Positions 8,607-16,972 of a stretch of DNA of 33,213 nucleotides are shown here, piece by piece. The DNA comes from a virus. Lineage: Duplodnaviria; Heunggongvirae; Uroviricota; Caudoviricetes. The DNA is taken from positions 1-33,213 of the IMG/VR virus record IMGVR_UViG_3300028048_000100; one strand, given 5' to 3'. Made by a program: the position numbers and the translations under genes. The stretch's first letter is position 1. Each line of letters begins with the position of its first letter. The notes below the pieces were generated by a model. It was not told the DNA's origin, made no database searches, and saw only the letters and a program-made list of their open reading frames with translations.

Positions 8607-9865
8607 ACTCTAAATACATTTCGCAGTGCAATCTCATCCATCTGTCGCAATGCGCTAACATGGACTTCATTGTAGCCAGTGGAATCCGTGTTGATCACGC
8701 CACCATAGAACTTATTGGCGTATTTGTAGATCATGGTGATTTGAATCTTAGTCGGACACCATAGACGAACTCCGTTGTCCGCATCCTCCATATCATATGC
8801 GTAGAATCCATATACCTTGTCGTGATGGATCTTCATAAGACCCTTATTCATGAGGCTGTACTCTGCATCGCTTTTGAGAGCGGAAACATTACTGTACAGA
8901 CTCCCACTGCGCACGAGCATGTCTACCAGTTGTACATGGAGCAGTTCGTTCTCATGACCATTCAAGCCATAGAATTTACCATCCGGAGCTAAGAAGCCTG
9001 CGTCGTATCCATCCAGGATGTTCTTAGCAATAACCTTATTCTGGAAGTACTCTGCTCCTAAAACAGTTCGTTTCATCTCCTCCTCCATCTGCTCCTTGAG
9101 CTTGATAAGCGGACCGTCACACATTACGTGGTGGTAACCTTTCTCAGTGTCGTAGAACTCTTCGAGATAGTTATATAGCGAGTTCTCAAATTCATCCTCA
9201 ATAAACGGCACGTGCTCAATCATGCCATACTTCTTGAGACTGTGGTAGATCTTATCAAGGAGTATAAGCTTGCCATGCAAGATCTTGATAGCGTCAAAGT
9301 ACCGAATGATACAATACATGTTTCGCTCATTAGTATTGAGCTCATCCAAGTTGTCATCGCCAATGCTCAGTACCCGGTTAAGACCTACGTAGTTTGGATT
9401 GCCGACTATATCATGTCCTGCAAGATGACGAGCAACGAGTGTGCCGAGAGGTGCTAATACCTGCTCACCCGTGTGGGGATCTACTTCGAGATAACGAGTT
9501 AAACAGTAGTCATTCAGACAGATATTGCATGAGTCTCGCAGCTCAGTAATATTACGACGAACACATTGGATGTCTGTGATAATCTCGCGCACGATTAGGT
9601 TCCAATCACGCATGTTATCCTTGTTCGCTTCGATGGCCTGAGGATCATCTGTCATGGTAATGTTACAACCGTCAGCAGACACGCGGAGAACTGCTTGGTT
9701 CTTGAGAACCATAAGAGCGTACTCTTTGGTAAACCCACAAAGAGAGTCAGTATACGCAGCAATAGCACCGTCAAAATCACCTTTCGTGATCTTATTTTGT
9801 GCGATGTCGAGGAGGATTTCACCCATGTTTTCGCCTAAACGGAAGTGTAATGATTGCTTACTCAT
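8603..9865 (-). CDS. Hypothetical protein (420 aa) with C-terminal GFLAPDGKFY-type domain
   Basis: Long ORF directly downstream of promoter copy 2. Confidence 0.8.
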   Translation of the reverse strand: MSKQSLHFRLGENMGEILLDIAQNKITKGDFDGAIAAYTDSLCGFTKEYALMVLKNQAVLRVSADGCNITMTDDPQAIEANKDNMRDWNLIVREIITDIQCVRRNITELRDSCNICLNDYCLTRYLEVDPHTGEQVLAPLGTLVARHLAGHDIVGNPNYVGLNRVLSIGDDNLDELNTNERNMYCIIRYFDAIKILHGKLILLDKIYHSLKKYGMIEHVPFIEDEFENSLYNYLEEFYDTEKGYHHVMCDGPLIKLKEQMEEEMKRTVLGAEYFQNKVIAKNILDGYDAGFLAPDGKFYGLNGHENELLHVQLVDMLVRSGSLYSNVSALKSDAEYSLMNKGLMKIHHDKVYGFYAYDMEDADNGVRLWCPTKIQITMIYKYANKFYGGVINTDSTGYNEVHVSALRQMDEIALRNVFRV

Positions 9866-9883
9866 AATATATAGTTTTGTTAT

Positions 9884-9926
9884 ATATCTATATACAAAGA
9901 AAGAGGAAATCTTTAGTGATTTCCTC
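9884..9926 (-). promoter_or_regulatory. Promoter motif copy 2 fused to an intrinsic terminator hairpin
   Basis: Hairpin GAGGAAATC-ACTAAA-GATTTCCTC then TTTCTTTG TATATAGATAT; CTAAA-N17-TATATAGAT. Confidence 0.8.
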
Positions 9927-10278
9927 AGGATTTGTCTTCTTTTTCTAGCGACTGGATTTGTGCGATTATGTCCTCCTTATTAGCGCAGCATCTCACGAAG
10001 GTTTCAAAATCCAGAGCAAATTGATCTTCGGTAGGCCATCTATTGTTTCCACAATGACAGCGGAATTTACCGTGGCACTCCGGACATTCAAACACGCCCA
10101 TCATACCGTAGTCAGTTTCACACCAGCCAATAGCAATCGGTTCAATATACTGATCTTCACCAAACCACCCCGCATATGCAATATCCGCACGACCACATTG
10201 ACAACGAAGTCCCGCGGAGTATGGAACAGCCTCCCACTGCACAATCTTAGGCAGTACTTTTAGAATAGCATTTTTCAT
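9925..10278 (-). CDS. Zinc-ribbon-like protein
   Basis: CQCG ... CPECHGKFRCHC cysteine pairs. Confidence 0.7.
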   Translation of the reverse strand: MKNAILKVLPKIVQWEAVPYSAGLRCQCGRADIAYAGWFGEDQYIEPIAIGWCETDYGMMGVFECPECHGKFRCHCGNNRWPTEDQFALDFETFVRCCANKEDIIAQIQSLEKEDKS

Positions 10279-10287
10279 AATCTTATA

Positions 10288-10452
10288 TTATAGCACTGGA
10301 TAGTCGAGCTTCTTAACGCTCAAATCTGTCCCATTAAACCTTGCAGTCACTTCGCAGTTGTACTTATCCGACATCCGCGACATTTCTTGCTTTAACTCAT
10401 CCAGTGCACATCCCGCGCCTGGAGTAATATGTATCTTGTTAATCGAAAGCAT
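10288..10452 (-). CDS. Small hypothetical protein (54 aa), not in ORF track
   Basis: MLSINKIHITPGAGCALDELKQEMSRMSDKYNCEVTARFNGTDLSVKKLDYPVL; exactly fills the gap. Confidence 0.65.
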   Translation of the reverse strand: MLSINKIHITPGAGCALDELKQEMSRMSDKYNCEVTARFNGTDLSVKKLDYPVL

Positions 10453-10457
10453 ATTAG

Positions 10458-10805
10458 TTAAATTTTGTTGTCCATCATATCATTCACGCCTGCTACATAA
10501 GCTTCCCACACAAGCGTCTCTTCTGTGCTGCTCAACTTAGGGAATCCGTGACTGATACGTTCCTTGTTCACATTGGCGACATAATTTCGAGCAGCACGGA
10601 TAACTTGTTCTGCTGGAATATGCTTACTCTCTCGAAGGCGATCTACCTCAATTCTGAGTTCGGCGATCTCTTCATTCATACTATGCGCTCCGTCAATATA
10701 GGATTCTATGCGAGCTTGTTTCAATTGTTCATCCACTCGCCCCATATATGGAATCTTCTTCCATGCATAGTCTTCAGCATTCGTTTGAATTTGTTGTTCA
10801 GTCAT
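10458..10805 (-). CDS. Hypothetical protein with two A-x-x-Y-A/V ... Y-x-x-G repeats
   Basis: AEDYAW...SYIDGA and ARNYVA...AYVAGV; start ATG 10805. Confidence 0.7.
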   Translation of the reverse strand: MTEQQIQTNAEDYAWKKIPYMGRVDEQLKQARIESYIDGAHSMNEEIAELRIEVDRLRESKHIPAEQVIRAARNYVANVNKERISHGFPKLSSTEETLVWEAYVAGVNDMMDNKI

Positions 10806-10890
10806 ATGATTCATATTCTTTGCGGTTCTTATGATAGTCAGCCAACCACACCTTAATGGCTGATGTTATTTGATCTTCTGTGAACTTCAT
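10798..10890 (-). CDS. Small protein (30 aa), probably near-leaderless; not in ORF track
   Basis: MKFTEDQITSAIKVWLADYHKNRKEYESYD; ATG 2 nt after TATATAGAT; stop overlaps the next start region. Confidence 0.5.
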   Translation of the reverse strand: MKFTEDQITSAIKVWLADYHKNRKEYESYD

Positions 10891-10933
10891 ATATCTATAT
10901 ACAAAGAAAGAGGAAATCTTTAGGATCTCCTCT
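10891..10933 (-). promoter_or_regulatory. Promoter motif copy 3 fused to a terminator hairpin (downstream of the RNA ligase)
   Basis: AGAGGAGATC-CTAAA-GATTTCCTCT (one G.U pair in minus-strand RNA) then TTCTTTG TATATAGATAT. Confidence 0.8.
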
Positions 10934-10953
10934 CACTTTTCATCACAGTTTTA

Positions 10954-12648
10954 TTACTGTTGGTAACGTGCCTGTGACTCTGAATCAACCTTACCCTTGT
11001 CGACATCTTCTGCCTCCTTATGTAAGAAGCGAACTGTCTTGAGCTTGAATGCCTCGGCAATAGGATCGTCGTAGATACGAACTACGATACCCTCACGTGG
11101 AAGCTTGTTTACACAGAGTGGCTCATCCATCTCCATGCAGAAGTTCTTGTCGTTCTTCAAGCGCTGCAATAGTGCGGTCTGCCATGCTTTGTAGATTTTG
11201 CTATCACGAGAAACCTTCTCATTCAAGAAGTCGTTGATAGTCTTCTTCTCTACACTCATCCAGTCGTACATGTATGCGCGCTCTGCACGGATGATCGTAT
11301 TGAACTTCTCACGTGCTGCCTTATCCTCTTCAGACTCACCAGGAACTTCTGGGCGCTCTTCGATGAGCTTCAAGAAGTCGTCGCTGGTTGGAAGATCTGG
11401 ATAGAGACCTGCCACTTGACCGTCGTACAATACATCGAGAGGACGTAGGCGCTCTGCGATCTTATCCTTGCCGGCCTTAGTGAGTTCCACCTTGAGGTCA
11501 CTGACGAATTGAGCAATAGCATCTGGGTTGTACTCTGTGGTGCTATCCTCAAGCTTCTCAGAAACACGATAGATCATCAATTGGTTCTTTCCGACCGGGT
11601 TGCCGTAGTCAAACACCTTTCCACCGAGTGACATGATACCTGTTGAAGAGTCTTCGAAGTAGCCGACGATCTCACCATATACAGTGATGTTATGTGGGAT
11701 AAATCCAGCCAGACGCTCTTTCCAACGCTTGATCTCACGCTGCTCTGCACCGTCTACGTTCTCGTTGACCTTACCATCATACAACTCGCCGTTGATAATG
11801 ACGTTACGAGATGAACATACGTCATCATAAACAGTCACTGTCTTCTGGAGGCACGCAGGGAACCAGTTGAAGAAACGATTATAGAGACCACCCCACTTAG
11901 GCTTCTTAACCAGGATGTTACCGATGATTGAGCTAGTACCATGCAACTTAACTGAGATATTGATCCAAGTCCAAGGACGGAGCACACTCATATTGGTCTG
12001 GAGCTGTTGAGTGTCGTAGTGGAATGAGAACTGACCAGGTACGATACGAGAGAACTTTTTAAGTCTCTTGTTGCGCTTGTTACCACGAACTTGTGGTTGT
12101 GCACTAACCTCAGGCATGTAAGGTTGTACGAACAACTCACCATCCACAGTGTCGAAACGCTCACCGACGAGCTCTTCCCAGTTGATACTTGCACACTTTT
12201 TGTTGAATACAGTCATCATCTCGGGGTGAATCAGGTAACCCATAGACATTACACCACGAAGCTTCTTCATACGAACGCGGCAGTTCTTACCGAAGTAGCC
12301 TGAGTTCTGCGTTGCGAACTGTTGAACCTCTGCCTCTGTAGCACCAGATTGCTGTAGAAGCTTGATCTGGCTAGCTAACCAGTCGCGGTTAGCGTTGTAC
12401 TTGGTCTCTTGGAACTCGTTGTTGACAGAAAGGAACTGCGCATTCAATTGGCATTCGTTACAGATGTAAATCATGACGTTGCCTTCATGAACGGTGTCCT
12501 TGCGGACAACGATCTCACGGCCTTCTACAACAGTCACCCCGAGAAAGTCTGAGTTCTCCATAGGAGTCACTTGGTCCAAACGTACTACAGTTGCGCAGTA
12601 CTCATTAGACATGTCTTTTGATTGTGAAAGGATTGGATTCTTTTCCAT
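10954..12648 (-). CDS. ATP-dependent RNA ligase (Rnl2-like, DRB0094-type with N-terminal OB-like domain)
   Basis: Motif I SVKLHGTS, III YGEIVG, IV EGIVVR, V FKLK; N-terminal CATVVRL...EGREIVV...EGNVMIYI module; ATG 12648 preceded by an A-rich tract. Confidence 0.85.
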   Translation of the reverse strand: MEKNPILSQSKDMSNEYCATVVRLDQVTPMENSDFLGVTVVEGREIVVRKDTVHEGNVMIYICNECQLNAQFLSVNNEFQETKYNANRDWLASQIKLLQQSGATEAEVQQFATQNSGYFGKNCRVRMKKLRGVMSMGYLIHPEMMTVFNKKCASINWEELVGERFDTVDGELFVQPYMPEVSAQPQVRGNKRNKRLKKFSRIVPGQFSFHYDTQQLQTNMSVLRPWTWINISVKLHGTSSIIGNILVKKPKWGGLYNRFFNWFPACLQKTVTVYDDVCSSRNVIINGELYDGKVNENVDGAEQREIKRWKERLAGFIPHNITVYGEIVGYFEDSSTGIMSLGGKVFDYGNPVGKNQLMIYRVSEKLEDSTTEYNPDAIAQFVSDLKVELTKAGKDKIAERLRPLDVLYDGQVAGLYPDLPTSDDFLKLIEERPEVPGESEEDKAAREKFNTIIRAERAYMYDWMSVEKKTINDFLNEKVSRDSKIYKAWQTALLQRLKNDKNFCMEMDEPLCVNKLPREGIVVRIYDDPIAEAFKLKTVRFLHKEAEDVDKGKVDSESQARYQQ

Positions 12649-12689
12649 TGTTGTTTGTTTTTTGAAATCTAATAAGTTAGGTTCCACCA

Positions 12690-12723
12690 CCCATCCATTT
12701 AAAGTCCGCGATGGGAGGACTCT
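12690..12723 (-). other. Predicted H-type RNA pseudoknot upstream of the RNA ligase
   Basis: AGAGUCC-U-CCCAUC-GC-GGACUUU-AAAUG-GAUGGG: stem 1 AGAGUCC/GGACUUU, stem 2 CCCAUC/GAUGGG. Confidence 0.55.
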
Positions 12724-12726
12724 TCT

Positions 12727-12876
12727 TTAGGCCTTATCAAGCTCTTCATCCTTCTCCTTCAGGATATTGATTAGAGCTTTGAGACTTTCGCGTGTACTAA
12801 ATGTGAGACTGGTCACCATACCGCGATAATCGAAGCCGGGTCTAAACGGCGGTTCTTTGAGTTTTATTTCAATCAT
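12727..12876 (-). CDS. Small protein (49 aa), not in ORF track; in frame with the RNA ligase
   Basis: MIEIKLKEPPFRPGFDYRGMVTSLTFSTRESLKALINILKEKDEELDKA; ATGA overlap with the upstream gene. Confidence 0.65.
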   Translation of the reverse strand: MIEIKLKEPPFRPGFDYRGMVTSLTFSTRESLKALINILKEKDEELDKA

Positions 12877-13640
12877 GATTGTTGTTTTTCCTGAGGTGTG
12901 ATAGACTCAACTCCCTCGTCGTCGTAAGGATGCTCCGGGATGTCGATATTGTTTTGCTGACGATATACCAGCTCGCGTTTGTAATTAGATTTCTCGCCGT
13001 ACATCTCTACCAAGGCAATGATGTGTGCATTGGATAGCTTGGCAATCGGTACCCATCTGCGCTCGGATTTGTTTAGGTTGAACGTACCGCGAAGAATAAC
13101 TTCGCGTTGCTTCTCCCAAGGATCCCGATCGGTAACAACCATATTCACAGCTGGCACTTGGTTAACATAGCAGCGTCGGTAATCATTACCACCATCGAGC
13201 ATGTATTCCTCATTGGACACCTTGTCTTGATAACGAACGCAATCATGAGTGAAACGCGACCAAAGAATCGTGCCATCTGGAGTGCGAACGCGATTGGCGA
13301 CCATCTTAGGTTCATCCTCAGGCGGCGGCATATGACACTCGGCTTGACTTCGTAGCATCTCCTGCGTGAAATTTGGAAGTTTAGCCGGCTCAATCTGGTA
13401 GCTGTATAGCCACTCCGTTTTGACTCTACCGTTGACTTTTGTGTTGAATAACACTTCGTAATTCTTGCGCTTTGTATATCCGCACATACAGTCAACCACG
13501 TCGACTACTACACCGTACGAATACAGTGAGAGGTCACCTTTTGCCTTTCTGCAGGCATATCGAAGTACTAAACGCAGGCCTACTTCGGACCTATAGTTGA
13601 GACGAACAACGTCCCCTATTTTAAACTTTGCTTGTGTCAT
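12873..13640 (-). CDS. SH3-like N-terminal module fused to a conserved phage domain (RTPDGTIL...HD...LDGG.DY)
   Basis: KFKIGDVVRL...YSYQIEP; start reassigned to ATG 13640. Confidence 0.75.
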   Translation of the reverse strand: MTQAKFKIGDVVRLNYRSEVGLRLVLRYACRKAKGDLSLYSYGVVVDVVDCMCGYTKRKNYEVLFNTKVNGRVKTEWLYSYQIEPAKLPNFTQEMLRSQAECHMPPPEDEPKMVANRVRTPDGTILWSRFTHDCVRYQDKVSNEEYMLDGGNDYRRCYVNQVPAVNMVVTDRDPWEKQREVILRGTFNLNKSERRWVPIAKLSNAHIIALVEMYGEKSNYKRELVYRQQNNIDIPEHPYDDEGVESITPQEKQQS

Positions 13641-13671
13641 ATATTCTAATATATAGAAATTGTTGCTTTCT

Positions 13672-13809
13672 TTAAGATTTTCTCCGGATTTTCCTAACCC
13701 GGATTCGTGCATTGACACCCTCTCGATAACCGGCTTCGCGAATACTATTGTATATGGAAGCTGCGGCTGGGAATAGCGGATGATCCTTATTTACTCTACC
13801 AATGTTCAT
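13672..13809 (-). CDS. Small basic protein (45 aa), not in ORF track
   Basis: MNIGRVNKDHPLFPAAASIYNSIREAGYREGVNARIRVRKIRRKS; starts 2 nt after the upstream stop. Confidence 0.55.
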   Translation of the reverse strand: MNIGRVNKDHPLFPAAASIYNSIREAGYREGVNARIRVRKIRRKS

Positions 13810-13810
13810 A

Positions 13811-14146
13811 TCACATGAGTACTATCAAATTTATAACTGCCTCTAACTGAGCAACGGACTGAATCTTGAGATTGATATGATCTGCCATTCCGAAGAATCC
13901 ACCCCAGAATCCGTCAGATATTTCCACCTTAGCCTTGCCAGGACCGTCATATTTAACCATGACGAGATGCCGTCCGCTGCTAGTAAAAATCTCCTTAGTG
14001 TACAAACCCGCCGGGTCTACCCCAAACTCAGTAATCGTTGGACTGAACTGTTCAAATCCACGCTCATATAGGTACTCAGACGTGATCTGACTGAAATGAG
14101 TTGGCAGTATGGTAGTCTGCTTCTCTAATTGACGTTCTTGTTCCAT
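13811..14146 (-). CDS. Hypothetical protein
   Basis: 111 aa, first gene after promoter copy 4. Confidence 0.7.
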   Translation of the reverse strand: MEQERQLEKQTTILPTHFSQITSEYLYERGFEQFSPTITEFGVDPAGLYTKEIFTSSGRHLVMVKYDGPGKAKVEISDGFWGGFFGMADHINLKIQSVAQLEAVINLIVLM

Positions 14147-14184
14147 ATTAAATTTTGAGTTTATATCGATGTAGTTTTGTCGTT

Positions 14185-14218
14185 ATATCTATATAACATA
14201 GTATTAGTCAAAATTTAG
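14185..14218 (-). promoter_or_regulatory. Promoter motif copy 4
   Basis: CTAAA-N18-TATATAGATAT, overlapping the stop of the upstream ORF. Confidence 0.65.
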
Positions 14219-14407
14219 TGACAATTGATGTTTTTCGTCATATTCGCGCTGTTTGTCACGCATGCTTTGTTTCTTGGCTTCATTCAGATTCTCAATGAAA
14301 CGATCTATGGCTCGGTCATTTTCAAAAAATAAACCAGTTACGCAACCTTTGCCATCTCTTTGAATGGCAATTATATCACAGGGAGGTACGCTTACAATGG
14401 GGTACAT
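14204..14407 (-). CDS. Hypothetical protein
   Basis: 67 aa, tight packing. Confidence 0.65.
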   Translation of the reverse strand: MYPIVSVPPCDIIAIQRDGKGCVTGLFFENDRAIDRFIENLNEAKKQSMRDKQREYDEKHQLSLNFD

Positions 14408-14408
14408 A

Positions 14409-15452
14409 TCATTTTTCGTTTAATTGCTTCATCAAATTTACCATGTCGGTCGTATACTTAGGATCGACGTCGACGATATTGAATCTAGGATCGTTGCGGA
14501 ACTTCGACATAGTAAACACTGGGTTGTGTGATACTAATATGATTTGACACTTGTATGTCTCAATGAGCTTTGGCAATACATCTTGATATAGATAGACTAC
14601 AGTTTCGATATCCAGACTCTTGTCCATTTCATCGAAGATAAGGGTTACAGGGCCTTCTACAGCATAATCTGGCAGCTTCTTAAAGTGGGCGATAACATAC
14701 TTATACGTATCTCTCCATACGTCACTGTTTTCATGCTTACGCTGAGGTTCTAATATACTCTTCATACTCACCCCATGGCCAAGTTTCTTCAAGACCTTGG
14801 TTAATAGGTATGTAGTACGCTGTCCTGCAGAGATCTTGTTCTTATTGATCACCCAACTTAGCTCCTCTTCTATAGATCCGAGTACAGAACCAACGAGGTC
14901 ACCAATCTGTCCGTATGACTGGTGGTTTTGGAAATTATCATAATAGATGGCATTACCAGACCAATCAATAGTACAATCGTTCATCTTATAACGATCGATG
15001 GTAAGCTCAATGTGCTCTGGCTTAACATCCTCATCGAGCTTCTTACGTAAGTCGAGCGGCTCGAGCATAGTAGAATAGCCATCCTTAATAAGCGCGTTAC
15101 CAGCGAGTGCACTGAGAATGGTTGTCTTGCCACTACCATTCGGACCAAAGATGATATTGAGACCAGGCTTAAAATAGAACGTATGACCGATAAGGTTCTC
15201 GGAACAGCCTTTGGTGATGTACTGTCCTTTATGCGCCTTATAGAACTCCATATCCTCTTTATACTTGGCCATATCGGCTTCGTACTTCTCTTTATTGAAT
15301 TTTCGCACAAGGGGAGTATGCCAATCGTCTGGAATCTTGTGCTCATGACTCCAATAACACCAATTAGACTTCAGTGGACGCTCCTTTGGAGGTTCGTGCT
15401 TGCGATATATGTAACCATGTCCCTCAGTCGGGAAACTAATACTGTTGATCAT
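14409..15452 (-). CDS. Stand-alone ABC-family ATPase with N-terminal insertion
   Basis: Walker A GPNGSGKTT, signature ISAGQ, Walker B/D-loop LIFDEMDKSLD, H-loop LVSHN. Confidence 0.88.
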   Translation of the reverse strand: MINSISFPTEGHGYIYRKHEPPKERPLKSNWCYWSHEHKIPDDWHTPLVRKFNKEKYEADMAKYKEDMEFYKAHKGQYITKGCSENLIGHTFYFKPGLNIIFGPNGSGKTTILSALAGNALIKDGYSTMLEPLDLRKKLDEDVKPEHIELTIDRYKMNDCTIDWSGNAIYYDNFQNHQSYGQIGDLVGSVLGSIEEELSWVINKNKISAGQRTTYLLTKVLKKLGHGVSMKSILEPQRKHENSDVWRDTYKYVIAHFKKLPDYAVEGPVTLIFDEMDKSLDIETVVYLYQDVLPKLIETYKCQIILVSHNPVFTMSKFRNDPRFNIVDVDPKYTTDMVNLMKQLNEK

Positions 15453-16087
15453 AATTTCACATTACATTTTGTTGCGATTTCTTTCCAGATTCCATCCCAA
15501 TTTGTTTCGTCGTACTTTTCGGAAATCACATAGATATCTGGCAGGTGCTTCTTGAATAGGCTATCCGGCAGGTTGTGATACTTCCAGGTGACTTCCCGAA
15601 GCATCAATAAGCGGAATACAACAGTCACGTAGCTAGCTGTCTTCTTATTGATCTTGGGGTGTTCATTCTGTAGTTTATTCAGCCACCAATTCCATTCACT
15701 GGTATAGCTAAACTTGTCACCCATGTATGCTCGAGCTGCACCTAGCCAATCACAGATGAGCTCAGTCGCATACTTGTACGGCATCTGAAGCGCTACCGTA
15801 CCATCATCGTAACGGTCCGTCCAGTACTCGTAATGATGGGGATTGCGACCTTTGTGATGCTGCCATGCGAGCGAATAACCCTGATCCTTCTTGGCTGCGG
15901 TAATCGGTGAACTTGTGCCCTGATAATACTTAACCGATTCCCAGAACTCAACCGGGCTAAATTTAGACAAGTCGTGTACGATGCCTTGCCAGTAGAGTCC
16001 GCATTTGAAACAGTATCTCGCAACCCAATACTTATGGGTGCAAATCTTGTGAAAGTGGGCGATGACATTTTTAATTGAGATGGGCAT
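15449..16087 (-). CDS. DUF5662-like HD-type phosphohydrolase
   Basis: HKYWV...HDLSKFSP.E...WQHHKGRNPHHYEYW...ELICDWLGA; start ATG 16087. Confidence 0.8.
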   Translation of the reverse strand: MPISIKNVIAHFHKICTHKYWVARYCFKCGLYWQGIVHDLSKFSPVEFWESVKYYQGTSSPITAAKKDQGYSLAWQHHKGRNPHHYEYWTDRYDDGTVALQMPYKYATELICDWLGAARAYMGDKFSYTSEWNWWLNKLQNEHPKINKKTASYVTVVFRLLMLREVTWKYHNLPDSLFKKHLPDIYVISEKYDETNWDGIWKEIATKCNVKL

Positions 16088-16379
16088 GGTATACAAATGT
16101 ATTATCTTGTGAAACGATTCCACTAACCGGCCAGAAGTTGACGAGGACGATACTATTTAGATTATAGTGTAGATCAGTCGTAGTGCCATCATGCCACCAG
16201 AATTTAGGTTTCCGACTGTTAATCCACTGTGCAACCGCATCTTTCAGTGCCATTGGGACGTCTTCGGAATCAAACCCTTCGCATCCGTGAACCTCTATGA
16301 TGACGTCATTCATTGGCTCCCATTCCTTACATTGATGCAAGAGATAAAACGAAACGAGATACTTTTGTGGTTTTTGCAT
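16071..16379 (-). CDS. Hypothetical protein
   Basis: Start ATG 16379 (MQKPQKY). Confidence 0.65.
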   Translation of the reverse strand: MQKPQKYLVSFYLLHQCKEWEPMNDVIIEVHGCEGFDSEDVPMALKDAVAQWINSRKPKFWWHDGTTTDLHYNLNSIVLVNFWPVSGIVSQDNTFVYHAHLN

Positions 16380-16391
16380 AATCAAATCATA

Positions 16392-16637
16392 TTAGTCTAC
16401 AAATCCGGGTCTGCGTACTCGAAGTATCACCATGACCTCACGGTCGATGTCTACCGGACCTTGTGCATTGGTGTACTTCTGGAAAATAAACTCGCGACCT
16501 TCAACAACGAATCGAGCTGACTTGTCGTTTTCACGAACTGAGATTACTTCTCCTACATTAGGAATAACTGGGAAGGAATCTGAACAGAATAGCATCTTAT
16601 CGCCATGGAAGACGCTGACTGCGGTTCTACGTGTCAT
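16392..16637 (-). CDS. Hypothetical protein
   Basis: 81 aa; FPVIPNVGEVI beta-rich pattern. Confidence 0.7.
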   Translation of the reverse strand: MTRRTAVSVFHGDKMLFCSDSFPVIPNVGEVISVRENDKSARFVVEGREFIFQKYTNAQGPVDIDREVMVILRVRRPGFVD

Positions 16638-16643
16638 AATTGT

Positions 16644-16967
16644 TTATAGTTTAGTTACTAATTCATTTAACTCATCACACATCTCTTGACTTACTCGAAG
16701 TAAATTACGATAGTCACCACTCATTGCTTTTCGATTGTACTCGTCGATGCGTTCGGGACTCAGCCCACATTCTTTCATAGACTCACAGACGTAGTGCATG
16801 ATTCCGAATGCATTGCCATCAATACCAATGAGTGTATACTTCGGCTCGGCCTTGGGCAGCGGTAAATTAGCTTTGTCTTCATTATGTATGCCGAACTGGA
16901 AATAACACCACAAACCGCCGGCCAAAAATGCAAATACTGCTACAACAATGATATAACCTCCTGACAT
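16644..16967 (-). CDS. TM-anchored conserved phage protein (GxDGNAF...AMSGDY motif)
   Basis: N-terminal TM, then LIGIDGNAFGIM...KAMSGDYRNLL. Confidence 0.75.
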   Translation of the reverse strand: MSGGYIIVVAVFAFLAGGLWCYFQFGIHNEDKANLPLPKAEPKYTLIGIDGNAFGIMHYVCESMKECGLSPERIDEYNRKAMSGDYRNLLRVSQEMCDELNELVTKL

Positions 16968-16972
16968 AATAC

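Noticed and set aside
12690-12723. PreQ1 riboswitch (tempting given the DpdA-like gene)
   Set aside because: The pseudoknot lacks the preQ1-I loop consensus and the 3' A-rich tail as I recall them. An Rfam scan would settle it.
13684-13710. Short CCGGA(T) direct repeats
   Set aside because: They fall inside the 45-aa ORF encoding RIRVRKIRRK, so they are a coding-level repeat with no extended structure
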